DNA of 64,000 nucleotides from Balanoglossus misakiensis (lineage: Eukaryota; Animalia; Hemichordata), in NCBI GenBank assembly GCA_040954595.2, contig CM082586.2:5876509-5940508 (forward strand). The letters are read 5' to 3'. Within the stretch, counting starts at the first letter, position 1. The number at the start of each line of letters is the position of its first letter. Of the stretch, positions 35,101 to 48,966 are shown piece by piece. The notes beneath the pieces were generated by a model. That model was given only the letters and a program-made list of their open reading frames with translations, was not told the DNA's origin and made no database searches. The position numbers were made by a program, and so were the translations under genes.

Positions 35101-35760
35101 ACTTTCAAGTTTTAAAAAAACATTTGAATTGTACGTGATATCTGTACACACGAAATTACGCAAATCCGCATAAAACAATCGTCGGCCCTTGCTGATTTTT
35201 TGCCGGGGCCGTGTCCCGGTTCTGAAGTATGAATATGTATGACTATTCATGCATTTTTGCATTTTCTTGCTGTGAAGATGCAGCTGTTGCCTTTGCTTGG
35301 GCGGTCTCATTGTGTCTGTGACGTCATTGAGCGGTCAACTCCTCGTGGCGTGACCCGGCCAGACACCAAGTTGAGATGCCAGCGTTTCCACAGCTAATCG
35401 TTTTCGAGATTTTCGTGATTCCAAGCAGTAAACTTTTGACAAGGACGTGAACTCTGCGCTGCGAAACACATCTTGCTAGCTGGAGGTAAACATTCCGGTT
35501 TACATAGCAGTAAGAAAAGCACACAACTCTCAAATGAAATTTTGAGTCTGGAGTTTGCAGCTCGACGCGGCGACGGAGTGCACCTGCTGACCGAGATGCG
35601 TGCACCTGGTAAGACCGGAGGTCGGGGATCGGGCGACCCGCGCCGCGGAGCTTGAAGATGGACTCGCGTTTTGCCGATGTGGTTACCTTTATATCCATCG
35701 GATATCGTCGCTTATTTGGAATTACGGTATAGTTTGGGCTCAAACCACAGTGTTGTGCAT

Positions 35761-35838
35761 CACATGGAATGAAATATACCTGGAATACGGCAGGAACACC
35801 ACATGGAATGTAATGTACCTGGAATACGGCTGGAAATG
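35761..35838. repeat. 39-bp tandem duplication
   Basis: CACATGGAATG(A/T)AAT(A/G)TACCTGGAATACGGC(A/T)GGAA occurs twice. Confidence 0.85.
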
Positions 35839-36797
35839 TGATTCAGCTCGCGGTCAACAAATGGCGTTCGTTCGTACGTGACATTTTCAATTGTGATTAT
35901 GGATGGATATCGTCTGGACACTTGCCAGTTGAACAACTTTCAGGACTGCCTTTTGACTTCGGTACCCAGGCGTTCTCCCGGATGGAATTCAAGACGATAT
36001 TTTTGGTAAGTCCGTTTAATTGGTGTATCTTCAGGGAACGTTACATTTATTTTCATGACCGCAACCATGAAAGTATCCCCGGCCCTGTGCGGTGAGAAGC
36101 ATTCGCTGCGGTTGGGTGAAAAGTTCACTGACCGTATGGCCGTACATTGTGGTTCTCAGTGCTTGTACATCGTTTGCGCTTTGTTGTGACTGTAGAAATG
36201 AGGGTGACCGCAGTCACTTCGAGAAAGCATTCGGGGAAACGTCTTAAAAGTCCAGATATCAGTAATATAAATATGCAATCATGAAGGATTAGAATAGGTC
36301 GATAAACAGGTAAGTTTTGTAGAGATTGATGTAAGGTGAAAATATCAGGAAAATTTCAAAAATGTAAGAATTGGTATGTACATATACTGAGAAATGTTTT
36401 TTAAAAATACGTTTAATAATATAAGAGATAAACCATGTGAACTAGGTTGTCATAATTTCAAAAAAATAATAACAGGCGTTGATGCCTTTTTCATGACAAG
36501 GGTGGGAAGTATAATTTAATAATTACTTGCCCGTTAAGGATGTACATTCTAAAATGAAAATACACACTTAGTAGCTTTAAAATCTTACAGCTGAAAGACA
36601 TTCGTGAGTGTCATTACTACATTGATGTAATGATCTGCTAATTATTGAATATATAGTTCGTAAAGCCACAGAAAAAACTCTACTTCAGAAAAAAAGTTCC
36701 GTATAATGTCGTTTAAAAATTGCCTCTTCCAAGTCGACCGAGCGGCCATTTTGCCATTGTAAGTCAATCGGCATATATTGTTATCCAATGTTTGTGT

Positions 36798-39700
36798 TCA
36801 AAGTTTGCTTGCGCCGTCCCCTTCCTCTTCTTCGGCGATAGTCTTGTCTATTCTTACTTCTCCCCTGGGAGAGAAAAATCAACAAAGGAAAATAGACAAA
36901 TTGGCAAAATCTAGATACTCTCCGTGATTTCTCTCAAAACAAAGGTACGCACTGATATCAACATATCCGTTATTTGCCTTGTAGTAATGAGTAACGGTAA
37001 AAGATACAAAATGTAAACAGTAATCTAACGCATAAATTAAACAGCCGTATTAAAGCGAAATTCTGAATTCTTTGAACAAGAAAATAACAAATAACAAAAT
37101 ATATTTTAAATACAAAGACCGATTTCCGACCAAAAGAAGTAATAAAACAGAGTATCATTTCGTTCAAACTCTTACTGCAGTGAGTTCAGTTGTCGACCGT
37201 TTTACCCACAATGCAATCGTTACGTGATTTGACCCCCTAGCACGATGTGAATACATATTTAAGGCAGCAAGAACATCAATAGCGCTGGATGCACACTGGC
37301 ATACCTGTTTTTAAAACTGTCGTTGTAGGTATTTACAGTCAGGTAGTTCCCATTGCCGGCCGGATTGGTGCCATGGCTGCTGTTGCAGTGCTGTGCTCCC
37401 TGTCGGTCGGCCAAGGGTGACAGGCGAGTTCTCCGCGTTGTATAGGGCGATGTCTCGATCATGGATGTCGTGTACTGGGAGCGGTACTCTGTAAACCCTT
37501 CTGTGCGCTCGGGAAAGCATCGCCGCGTCCAACGCATAAACATTAGCTTCAGATCTTTCTGTTGAATATAAGACGAAGATAACGGGGACTGTATTCCACT
37601 CGTATAATATATCCTCTTTATCAATACATGATTATTGATATCATATATTGATGACATGTACAGAGCTGAGCATGCACCTCGAAGTGCATACTTAGAAAAA
37701 AGTTTAGTCCCCAAACTTTTAAATCCTAAAATCTAAAATTACCTTGAGCAAAATACATGTACAAGAAGTTTTGAAAGACAGTCTAACTTTAAGGATCTTA
37801 GACAAGGCATTTTTCTCCACAAGATAGAGTCAGTCAGTTTGTTAGTACGTTCCCCGGCAAAATTATGAACAGAAATGGGAAAGGGTCTCGATAGAATACG
37901 GTGAGGTTGGTGTTTCTCGAGGAAGGGTCATCACAATTGGCAAATGATGTGACCAGGCGGGAGTATGACAAAATTTTGTGTTTGTGAAGGAGGCATTTTT
38001 CGAGAAACGACGTGACAATGAAACATAACGAAACACATTTTCGCGCAGAATTCCTATATATCGATGTTACGACTGAAAATCCCCAAATCGTTCGCATTTT
38101 GTTTCCGAAACCGTCCTTAATCGAAGAATCACTTATTTACACACTTAAAATGTGAGATGATTCTAACTTGCTTGTATCTTTGTCAGTGAAATTACTTCCC
38201 CAGAACTTTAGTTAGAAAATTCAAAGGGCATAGCTTTGAAATAAAATTCCATTGCGGAGTTAACATTCTCTGAACATCAGGAGGGACACTTACAAATAAC
38301 TCTTCCTTATAATTTACGCAACCTCTTGCGTGGTAATGTTTTCCTTTTGAAGTCACCAAGATAACACTGAAAATTTAGCAAACATAGTAACGCAAGCCTC
38401 AGTGGAATAATAATGATTATGATAATAAAGTATTCTCGGTAGCAAGAAGTCTATAGCACTCCGCAGGTAGGTTTAATACATGCGCAGTAATTACCAATTA
38501 TATGCGTCATTAACTGTAGTAGGCCTTGCATTTTTTGTGAGGGGAGATCGTTGAGTGATTAATACTAGTATCAGTTTTCATGCATCGATATATTATGAAG
38601 CTTTAGCATTTCCCGTTGATTCCAGTGGGCTTAAAGTGGGTAAAATGCACACTAACATTAATGTGCGATACGTGTATATTCATTTCCTTTCTGGATTAAA
38701 GAACCATTGCTTGTGTAGTAGGGAGAGGGCTTGATTATAAACTTCGCTGAGTCCCTTGGCGCAACATACACTGACCCAGAAAACGTTCCATTTCATCTAG
38801 TTATAGTAGCGGTAATCAAAGTTGTTTCCCCAATTTCGATTCTTTGCTTGCTTGCTTTCTGTCAGTCTGTTTTGCGATGACTTTGATAGCGGCAGTAGCA
38901 TTGAAAACTCTCAAGGATGTAAAACATTGTCTTTCATCACTGCTTCTTTTAAACGACGAGTACTTTACACAATGCATAATTTGTATGATATATTACTATA
39001 CACTAACAATGACCTGTTGTAATATTTTTGTAGTTTGTGTTTAAACTCCCTGAGGGAGGCAATTATAATTAACGTTTAGAAATGAAGGTCGGAAGAGAGT
39101 AAGGAAATATGGATGGATGGTATAGAATAGAATGAAACGTAGAGACTTCCGCGCACTCGCATACGCATAGCCGTAGTTTTTAAAGCAATCCTGTGTTAAA
39201 TTTGCATGGGAATTATTCAACGGCAAATCACATTCCATTACAACGATCGAGAAGCTGGCGAATGTCGCGATACAGACTTCATAAGTACAGTATAATGGTT
39301 TCTTTCTCAATTATCCGTCTTCAAAGTTAAGACAAATCTCTGCGCAAGCTGTCGACCAGCAGACGTGAAACACGTGACATAAATGCTGATTGAAAGCCTT
39401 GAAAATAGTAGAAGAATTCTAAAAGCTCATCAACGCTCGGAAACATTCAACCTAGGCAGTTGAACTTCGTTGTCAGGATTTTTTCATTGGCTTTGCCTTT
39501 CCCAGTTTCTTTAATTTCCGACTGTAGTCGATTAATGGTTAAATTAGTGGTTTCGAATAACAGTGTCCTTTTTAGCAACTTACAGTATACTAAACAATAG
39601 CAATATACAGTATACTAAACTTTTCCTACAATATGCAATAATTTGCATAACTCAAAGTAATATTTTAATTTGTGACTGCCATATTTAGTTGTGTTAGTAT

Positions 39701-42700
39701 AAGCAAGAATTGTCGTTACAGGCCCAAACAAGACTAATTTAACAGCCACAAAGCATACACATGAACGATCAGTAAGTCGTGGGATGAATTAGAATATTTA
39801 AATATTCCGACTATTCAAGATTTCATGATGCCATACGGGACAATTGATTTTTGCACAATGAGTACATGTAAGTCAAACGTGACTTACCTGCAACTGTTAA
39901 AGAGCATGCGCAGATATGCGATAAACAAATCCTTTCAGAAACGATAAAACGTGACCACCGCAAGTTATAAACGTCTTCGATAAAAGAAACGATAACAGAA
40001 AACTTGGGTTTTACTTACCCTGAAGCGGTCGCTTACAAACACGTAAACGATAGGGTTGACGATCGTGTCTGTCAACGTTAGCCAGACGTACACGCTGGCG
40101 CGGAACAGGCGCGTCTTGGTCGGACTGTCCTGAAATATTGCCGGGTGAAATGTCCTTATAAAGTTGTAAATGTGCATCGGTAGCCAACATATTGCAAATA
40201 ACACCACGACTGATATCAGCATTCGCACCGTCTGAAATTCAAGGAAATAATGAGAAAATAAGCACTGATTTTTACATTAATGAATCTATAAAACGTGTGT
40301 GTTTGAATCATTAAAATTTAACGCACTGAAAGTGATGACGTAACGCGCTAGAAGTGATGACGTGGAGGTAATAATCATAGGATCGAAACGTTTCAGTTTC
40401 GGAGGGACGATTTAAACCTTACTCGGAAGAAAACTTGAAAATTATGTCATAGGCCACTGAGGTGTCAGGGTATAATATGTTTTATTGGAAACGTATATTT
40501 TGGAATACTTAAAAATGCTAGTATAATGTGACAAACTGTAAAATCAAGAGTAAAATAGAAGAAAATACAAGAGTTTTCCCATTGTAAGAAGCGTACCTTT
40601 CGCTTATTCTTGTTTTGCTCGTGGTCTCGTTCGGGATCCGCGTTGCCCGGCAAGTTCCTGGTCCACAGTTTTTTAGCGACTCGTCCGTAGCAAAAGGACA
40701 GCAGCAATAGGGGTAGCACAAATGAGAGGCAAAAGAGGGTCCAGTCATAGATGTCGCCACTGTGCCTGCCCGACCAGCGCTCGGAGCAGGTGTAGGCGTT
40801 CCTCGTGCCGAAGTCAACAATGTACGCCCTCGTGGTCAACACGAACAGTTTCGGCGACGATATGCCGACCGCGAGAAACCATATCCCGGCGACGACGCCC
40901 TTCTTCTTGCCGTTGTCCATCCGGGGACGCAGCGGGTACATGACGGCACAGTAACGGTCCATCCCGATGGCCGTGAGGGTGAAAATGCTCACTATCTGCG
41001 ACACCTGTGTGTTGATCATGAAACCAAGAAAATATGAAAATCACGACTTGTAACAAAGAGCAGGCTTATGTCGAGTACAGGCAACTTTATCAAACCGTTA
41101 TAGCCCCAGTAGTTGCCACTTAAGATTATAGCATATTTTAATCGATAAAATAATCTTATCGTTATCCCTGGTCGATAGACAGCACCATTTTGAACTCACT
41201 GAAATTCTAAAATCGCACGTATTCATACCATGATAGCTTTGTACTAAATAAATGGGTGCGACACCCGTTAATTATTTAACTTAGTAATATCGGAAACCCA
41301 ATGTGTGATCACATGGTACGTTGTACGTTGTTCGTAACATCTACAATAATCCTAAATACTGTATATTCATTTAACAAAGTCATGTATGTTATACAACTTT
41401 AGGAATGACTCGAGCAGTCGTCATGTTAAAACATTGATCGAAACAAGACATAACCATCACAGCCCATTCTATGGCGCCTTTGTATCTTAAATCTAAACAC
41501 AGTGATCATTCAGAAATCCGAAGAATAATTAATTTGTCTGACTCCGGTCGTAGACTTTTAGTTTACATTAGTTAACAAACTTTACGGACGTGAACATACC
41601 GACAGGCACGTTTTAATACATAAATATTTGCTACTGCAGTCGTCAGAAAATTAATTATCGGCGCCCCTGGGGAATGAACGACACGCTAACGAGAATGTAA
41701 AAATCAACCCCACAACTGATGCGAAAACAAAGACTCGGCGCTTGGCAGTAAAAGATGCCCTTGGCGACACAGAATGATGATACGTTCTTTTTAGGGCGTC
41801 TTTATTGTGTTCTGGCGAATTTCTCCGGAGATGGGAAGTCAAATGTTAACAGAGATGGTCATGTTGATCGCATCTTAAAACATCTGTTCTATCGTCGCCT
41901 TCGCCCCCATGCACTTGGTGTTGATTGATTTCGGTCGAATGACGTCAATGATAGTTTTCTGACGAACGGCGGGTCGGAAACTCATATCGGGCTGCGATCA
42001 AATTTCACTGAACAACACGGATTTGTCAGAAGAAATAGGATAGGAAATAGGATAAACATTTATTTCCATCCCTTCTTTCATAGTGATCTACTTCACGTTA
42101 CCATGACGTTTGCTATATATTTGCAAAAGGACAGAAGGGAGGTGTAGTTATGTTGAATACTTGTAATATCTTTAAATAGACGGCGGCAATGTGATAAACA
42201 ATTATGCGAATTCGTTTGCCATATTTCCAACGTGAGACAGGACTCTTGTGACAACTGGTTCATGGACAGGATGAGTGATTGATAACAAGCATATGAATAT
42301 CGTTACCTAAGTACTTCGAATGGTCTAAAATTAAGCATGCAGGTGTATTTTTTAAAAGTAGGAAGTATCAGGATAGACTTAGCGATGACAGCAGTGACGG
42401 TAACCTCCTTCACGACGAATGATGATATTCGATAAACTTGGCAAACAGCACTCCCACTAAGCGCTGACGTAGATCGATGTCTTATCCTGTCGTCATCTGA
42501 CCTAAACTGAGCTGAAGTTGTTTTCAATTGATCGATACCATGTCACAGGGTTGCGTCTGCAACAGCAGGGAGCAAAGTGGAGTCCCCCCCCCCCTCCCCC
42601 GATGACACTGCTTGGTGTGGAGATGTGCCTGTGTTTTTCAGATGTTACCCGGCAAGCACAGCGACTACCGCGCCCGAGAAAGTGTTTGGCAACTTCAAAG

Positions 42701-45536
42701 ACAAGGGCTGACACTTTAATAATTGCGTTGGCGTAAATTAATGTCTTGTGGTAAAATTGATTAGACAGGTTGTCCACACCCTAATTAAATCAATTGCACA
42801 TTCACGAGCCGGCAGTGTACAAACAGAACGTCAAATTAACCGCTTCAGGAAGCCATAATTGCCCTTCATCTTGAGGATCATTAACTTGGTTCTCTCAAAC
42901 TAATGAACTTGAAGATGGGCTGTGACAATGAATAACTTGAGTACGTGTAGTGTCACAGTTGTTATCTCTTGGGAGTTATGCCACAATTGAAAGGGGGGAG
43001 TGTATATTAGAATTCTGAACAGGAGAATGACGCCAGCTACAGTAATGAGTAGATACGAGTCCCCATATACAGTTTAATAATAATAATAAAAAAACATTTT
43101 CAGAAAAAGAAAGTCGCACACCGGAACCTAATTATTTGTATGTTTTTCCAGTCCCCCAAGAATATTAATATTCATTCTTCATCGTGCCCAGATCGTGGAG
43201 ACATAGACTTGGTGATAGTCTGCGACATTGTGAGATAACTTGAAATCGTGTAGTTTGGTGTCGTTTATTGAAATTTCTCGATTTGATCGATATCTGGATC
43301 AATCATATTAGTCCTAATCACAATTATTATATCCGCTGATGTTTCTAACCCCCCCCCCCCCACACACAGAATTGTTTGTCCCCGGCTTGTTCAAGGTTTA
43401 CTTGTATATTAGTTTTAAATTTTGTACATAATATAGCAGCACGAGAAACTCACTGATGCGGCGATGATGGAGTGTACTAACATGTAAAATTAGCGTGAAA
43501 TTAAAACATGTGAATCATTAAAAAAGTGAATCCGTAAAGTACAGCGTGTCAGGGTTTTAAGCCTTGTGTGTGAAGGATTCCGACACTGAACAAAGGACAC
43601 AGAACAATGGCAGCGTAAATTACATCACGTATCATATTATTAGCTCCGTGAAAAGGCGTTAAATTTCAATCCCGACGTCGTATTGCTAGTATTGCATTCT
43701 GATCCAAGCTGTGGCTTTAATGTCGTATACTGTAACAAGCCGCCGGGAGAGCGAGCCACCTGTGGCTCGTGATCTCTGTCTCTCTCCCTCTCAAAAATAA
43801 AATCATCAGAATTCCCGTTGTGCTGTTGCCTTCGCCAGGAAATGTAATTTACGTCGGCCAATGCGTAGGAAACTACGGCAATCCACTGTTTGCCACCCGT
43901 AATAAAAATATAACATTTATCCCATGCTCACAAGGAGAAACTGCGCCACCACGCGGCCGCAATGCACACCATGAAGTTGTAAATGTCAAAAATTAGCATG
44001 GTCGATGACGTTAAATATTACACATGTTATCTACAATCTTGTATTATCGCACAGGCATCTCCTTCGTCACAAATGACAATTTTGGAGACATGTTCGTTGT
44101 ACTGATCAGACTGAAAACATGTTTTCACAAAGGACGTCCATGAAGAAGTCTGTTTGTCCAAATAAGCTTTAATCTTAATGATTAGTCACGATTTATAAAT
44201 ACTTATCGTAATTATGGTGGCACGCCCTTCGCGTAAGCAAAGACTAAATTTAACTGACCGAGATATCACAGAAATTACACCTCTCCGTAGTGAGTTTAAA
44301 GAGACCCGTGTTTCATGACTTTTCGCTGTCTAAATGTTCTGTCCTGTGTTAGCATATGAAAATCGCTCTACTTTTTCACTTAAAAAATCTACAAACAATT
44401 TTTCGGAGAGACTTTAGCTTCTGAACTTCTATTTATTAAGATGGTAGAAATCAGCCATTTTTAAATTCGGTCGACCACATGAGTTTTATCACCGACCAAC
44501 CTACGTAACCAAAATGAATCATACTGGCGTTTATACGCGTATTTGCAAGCTTTTCCCCTCACTGATTGATTCTTATGAAAAACCACGGTCGTGGAAAAAC
44601 TAACATTGTTTTGAGTAACAACATTCCCGTTTTCTTATTCGTATTGTGTTTTTGAAATGAATTATGAATTAAATATTTCCAACACCGGCCGATAATACGT
44701 CTGAAATAAGTTCATTAATAAGTAATGACATGAATTGTACGCAGTCACGACCACTCTAAGTAATTTCCCGTATTAAAAATAGTCAATGTGGTTGACGCTA
44801 ACTGTCACTTTTTCAACGACGCCTCCTTGAACTAACAAGCAAACAACGCGAGCGCCCATTCCAAATATATTTTTGATCGAAGACTTTCCTTATCTCTGTA
44901 AATATGATTTCTCGCATTGCTTGCGTCTGTTGCGTAAGAGTACTCTATAGCTTAATATTTAGTGTAGCAAACAGGTTTTTATCCCGTAAAAATAACTAAG
45001 TTGAAACATTTGCATGGGTTCGTTGCTGTTTCATGATCTGTAGGTCAAAATGAACAACCTGTATACGACGGAAAAAACTTGAACAAACATACCTTGTTAA
45101 CAAACGGCACAACTTTGCACATACCAAGTCCAAAAATCCATTCGCCCATGATAATATTGGCAAATATAAACGGAATGCACACTATTCCAAGCGTCCAATC
45201 GGCCAATGCTAAGTTGAGAAGGAAAATGTTGAAGCTGCGTCTCCGCTTTCGTCTTCCACATGTAAGTACAGTCATCACGGAAATGTTTCCGATAACCGAC
45301 AGAATCAATCCGAAGAAAAAGAGAAAGAGTAGAATGAACTCGGCCGCCTTTCCCAACTTTTCTATTCGGTCGTAGCAGTCGTAGCCCTCGCACTCGGGGT
45401 CGTTGTTCGACGCGTTGCCCGCGTACATGCAGCAATTCTGGTACAACATGCCGCCGTAGGAGAAGCTGGTTGAGTAGGAGTCGCTCTCTTCGTCGTCGCC
45501 GAATTCGCTCTCCAAGTCCGGTTCTGCAGACTGCAT
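36798..45536 (-). CDS. Class A (rhodopsin-like) neuropeptide GPCR, leucokinin/RYamide-luqin/tachykinin receptor-related, ~461 aa
   Basis: Exons (minus) 45536-45093, 41004-40597, 40231-40019, 37558-37305, 36864-36798, total 1386 nt in frame. GN (TM1), LALAD (TM2), WIFG..MC, DRY, CSERW, PGNAD..RD..KRK.VRML, CWLP, NPIVY, helix 8 FRKDLKLMF, C-terminal ASKL. The 7TM core is high confidence; tail exons and the exact start are moderate. Confidence 0.85.
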
Positions 45537-47603
45537 TGTCCTTGTCGGCAGAACCGCGGCAAACAATGTGTCGCTCTCGGCTGTTTCCAGTTGTTCTCCG
45601 ATGACAGGTAGAATCTGATGGCAATGAGAACAATTAACGGGTCAAAATTAAATGCCGCAAAATATCCGGGTCAATTAACATCTCGATGAATTATACCTGC
45701 AGCATGCCGTGACACACGCAGTCTTTTGGCTAAATAATTTCAAGCGGGCAGTCTTCTCAATGTAAGGCTAAGTCCTGTGTTTACACCGAATACAGGCGCA
45801 GTATAGACATGTGGTCCGCTCAGAATTGTGCGACTTATAGAGGGATGTATACCACGTGACCACACATAAGTACTAATATTAACATCTGCATCACGTGACT
45901 CCGAGCAAAACGGTATAGTGCGTGGTGCCAGCTTTCTCGGCTTGGTTGTGCCGTTGTCGTCAAGACCCAACCCACCCAATGCACGAAAGCAAGTTGCTGG
46001 TTGAAAGTAACGGCTGCTTACGTATAGACGTACATGCATTGCGTCATTAGATTAGTTACAATGGAATGTAGATGTCTCGGTCGCACGTTTACCTACGTAT
46101 GTATACTATACGAATGGGGGCAAAGGTTCTTAAATTAGGCTGTAGGGTCATGATGTAGATGATGAGTTCTAATTCTCCACCTCACTGTTTTTTTAATTGC
46201 ACAGGCATATGTGCTTACACAAGCCAACGGTAATAATATAGATCGCTCAATCCGTTTAGGTAGTATTATCGCTCCGCAAAATTGAGCGGTAGTGCATGAA
46301 TGATAACCATTTATGCCCATACGCTAAAAGTATTTCGATTAAACGGGACGCTTTCATTAGTTGATACTGTATAGATACAAAGATGCGATTCAGGGAAAAC
46401 GGACATATTAGTTTGCTTCATTGCCTTCATTATGTTCGCTGAGCGGCGTTGTTTTGCGTTCGCGATGCCTCATTACCCGACATTAATAGGTTAATCCCAC
46501 TATTGCATATCAATACTCGTCTGTGGTGATCATATTATGAGATAGTTACTCTTCGGTGACGAAATGTGTTTCTCTTCCACGTTTAGCCGTACAAATGGCG
46601 GCATATTCAGAGAGCAGCTGCGACCGTCGACGACTTCATCGACATCGAGATATTTATAAAACCATGATGACGCCTCCCCCCCTTAATATACAACCGAAAA
46701 TCAAACTCGGCTGTGGCCTGCAACGCAACTTATTGAGGGTAACAATTTATGCCCCTCGCAATTACAATATGCCCCTCGCAAATAACGAAACGTACAGTCC
46801 AGCCCCCCACGCCTCTTCTTCATTGATATGTTTGTATAAGCTAATTTTGTTCATATTCTACGCAAATAATGGCACGCTGATAAACACGGGTTGGTGTGTT
46901 GATTATGTGGGCGGGGTGACAAGGAATGCAAATTAGGTCGCTTAATTGAGATTTGCTCTCCTGCCATTACCTGTGACAGTATCACTCCAAGCACAAATAA
47001 TTGGAGATGAACGAGAAAGGCTACTCATCTTCAGCCGCGGTTATCATCCGCAAAAACGAGTGCAGGCCTTAACTTTAAAGAGACCATAATGGCCGCTCAT
47101 CATCAATATTTATTTGACGCCAATAGTTATCTATGCGAGAAGATCACCATTCGCTGTCGTCCGTCGCGGAAACCCGTTTGTAGAAACAAAGCACATAATC
47201 TATAACCGTTTCAAGGGACAGAGTATCGATTTGCCATTAAACCAGCGAAAGTTTGGACAAGTGTGTTGTCACGACTCTTGCGTTGTCGTCATCCAGCTCA
47301 CGATCACTTTACTCCTCCACGGTTGAGGTGTCACGCCAGTCTTCGCGTGAATATCAACACTCCGGTGTCGATGAAACGGAATCAATACAGTCAAACGATA
47401 TGAATTCACAATAGAAGATCTGGCCTGTTGTTATCATAATGAATGTGTTATTTCAAAACATGTTCTCAGTACACAAAGGAGAAACCTCGTGGGTACCATC
47501 CATTCCGAGAGTATTATAGTGTACTTTTACAAATCGCGTGGAAATCTCCCTTCTAATCAATCAATATTTCACCGCATTTAATTTGTAAATGAAGGCACAT
47601 AAA

Positions 47604-47668
47604 GTGTGTGCGCGCGCGCGTTCGTATCCCGTACGTGCGTTATTACGTATGCACGTACGCATGCACGT
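47604..47668. other. Alternating purine-pyrimidine tracts with an internal hairpin (Z-DNA-prone)
   Basis: GTGTGTGCGCGCGCGCG and ACGTATGCACGTACGCATGCACGT; CGTACGTGC (47630) and GCACGTACG (47651) are inverted repeats. Confidence 0.6.
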
Positions 47669-48861
47669 TGGAGAGGCACAGTTATTGCAAAAACGGGTTC
47701 GCTTACTTTGAACACTGGTGATTATGTAGCACTTAACCTTAACAGAAACCCAACACTGACCCAGATTTGGCATACACGTATTCGCATGTGTAATTTGTTT
47801 GTGCCGCTATCACGTGACTTCTCCCGCGTCTATTTTCCATAATACTCAATAATCAGCGTGCGACATTTTATTCCTAAGTAGGCCTACCGTTGCGTTGGTA
47901 ATCGTTTGAAGTATGATAATCCCCTTAGCTCCAAAATGGATTATCCTCACACAACCATAGAAAACAAAGTATACTGAAGACAAAGGAAACTTTTGTATTC
48001 CGTATTTATATCCGTAGTGCCCCTGGGACAACCTGAAAAAATCAGGGACCTTTCTTTCACTTTAAACTCAGCTGAAATATTGTCTGAATTGAATGATATT
48101 GAAATCCCAATATGCAAGGTCCTTCTGCACCTTCCTATAATTACACTGACTCATTCGATATGATTTTACTTTGTGCTTGACATTAAAAGAACATTTCCAT
48201 ATCAATTCTTCACATGTTTTTCTTTAAGAAACAAAAGAACACCTTTTTTTTCTTTGGCTGGATGAATCCTTACGAAATGAACCATGACAAAAGACTACCT
48301 CAAAATGCAATGATGAATTGAATATTTTATGACTCATGCGTGTTTGTATTTCTGGAAACTAATAATTGCCTTCTTTCTCTCGAATAATAAATCCGGCGAC
48401 ATTAGTACAAGCGAATCCCTTTATCACGTTACATCTTCCGAGAAACATTATCCCATGGGAAACAGTCAAACATTATGCACAATGTACCATTCTGTATGTT
48501 TTCCTCAAAATGAGATGACGAGGGAATTCGCCTTTCTCGATTTGTGCAGCATTCGACGTTCAATGAATGTAAAATATCATTTCATTCTGTAGACAAAGCG
48601 CAAGACAACCTAACATCGACAAGCATTTGACTAAACATCTTTAGATAAAATATAATAATAGTTTTTCCTCCAATTAATTTAATGGCTTTCTGATAGAAAT
48701 TCTGTTTGTTCTTTCGTATTTAATGGGCCACTCACAGATGATGTGTACTCTTCAGCATTTAAATTATACGAGTGTTTACATTTCAGAGGAAAGGTACAAG
48801 TCATGTACTTTATAACATAGTCTATTGAACACCAATGTGCGTTCATATTCGGACAGGCATG

Positions 48862-48932
48862 GCAGACAGACACTATAGCAGCAGACAGACAGACAGACGG
48901 GTAGATACATAGATAAATAAATAGATAGATAG

Positions 48933-48965
<33 letters not shown>

Positions 48966-48966
48966 T
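48862..48966. repeat. (GACA)n-(GATA)n microsatellite
   Basis: Direct reading. Confidence 0.92.

Noticed and set aside
35324-35743. 139-aa minus-strand ORF as an independent gene
   Set aside because: Starts at a non-ATG codon, has no recognisable domain and no phase-consistent exon chain; kept only as part of a low-interest finding.
36798-36809. C-terminal SKL as a peroxisomal targeting signal (PTS1)
   Set aside because: On a 7TM receptor inserted through the ER, a PDZ-binding motif is the more plausible reading.
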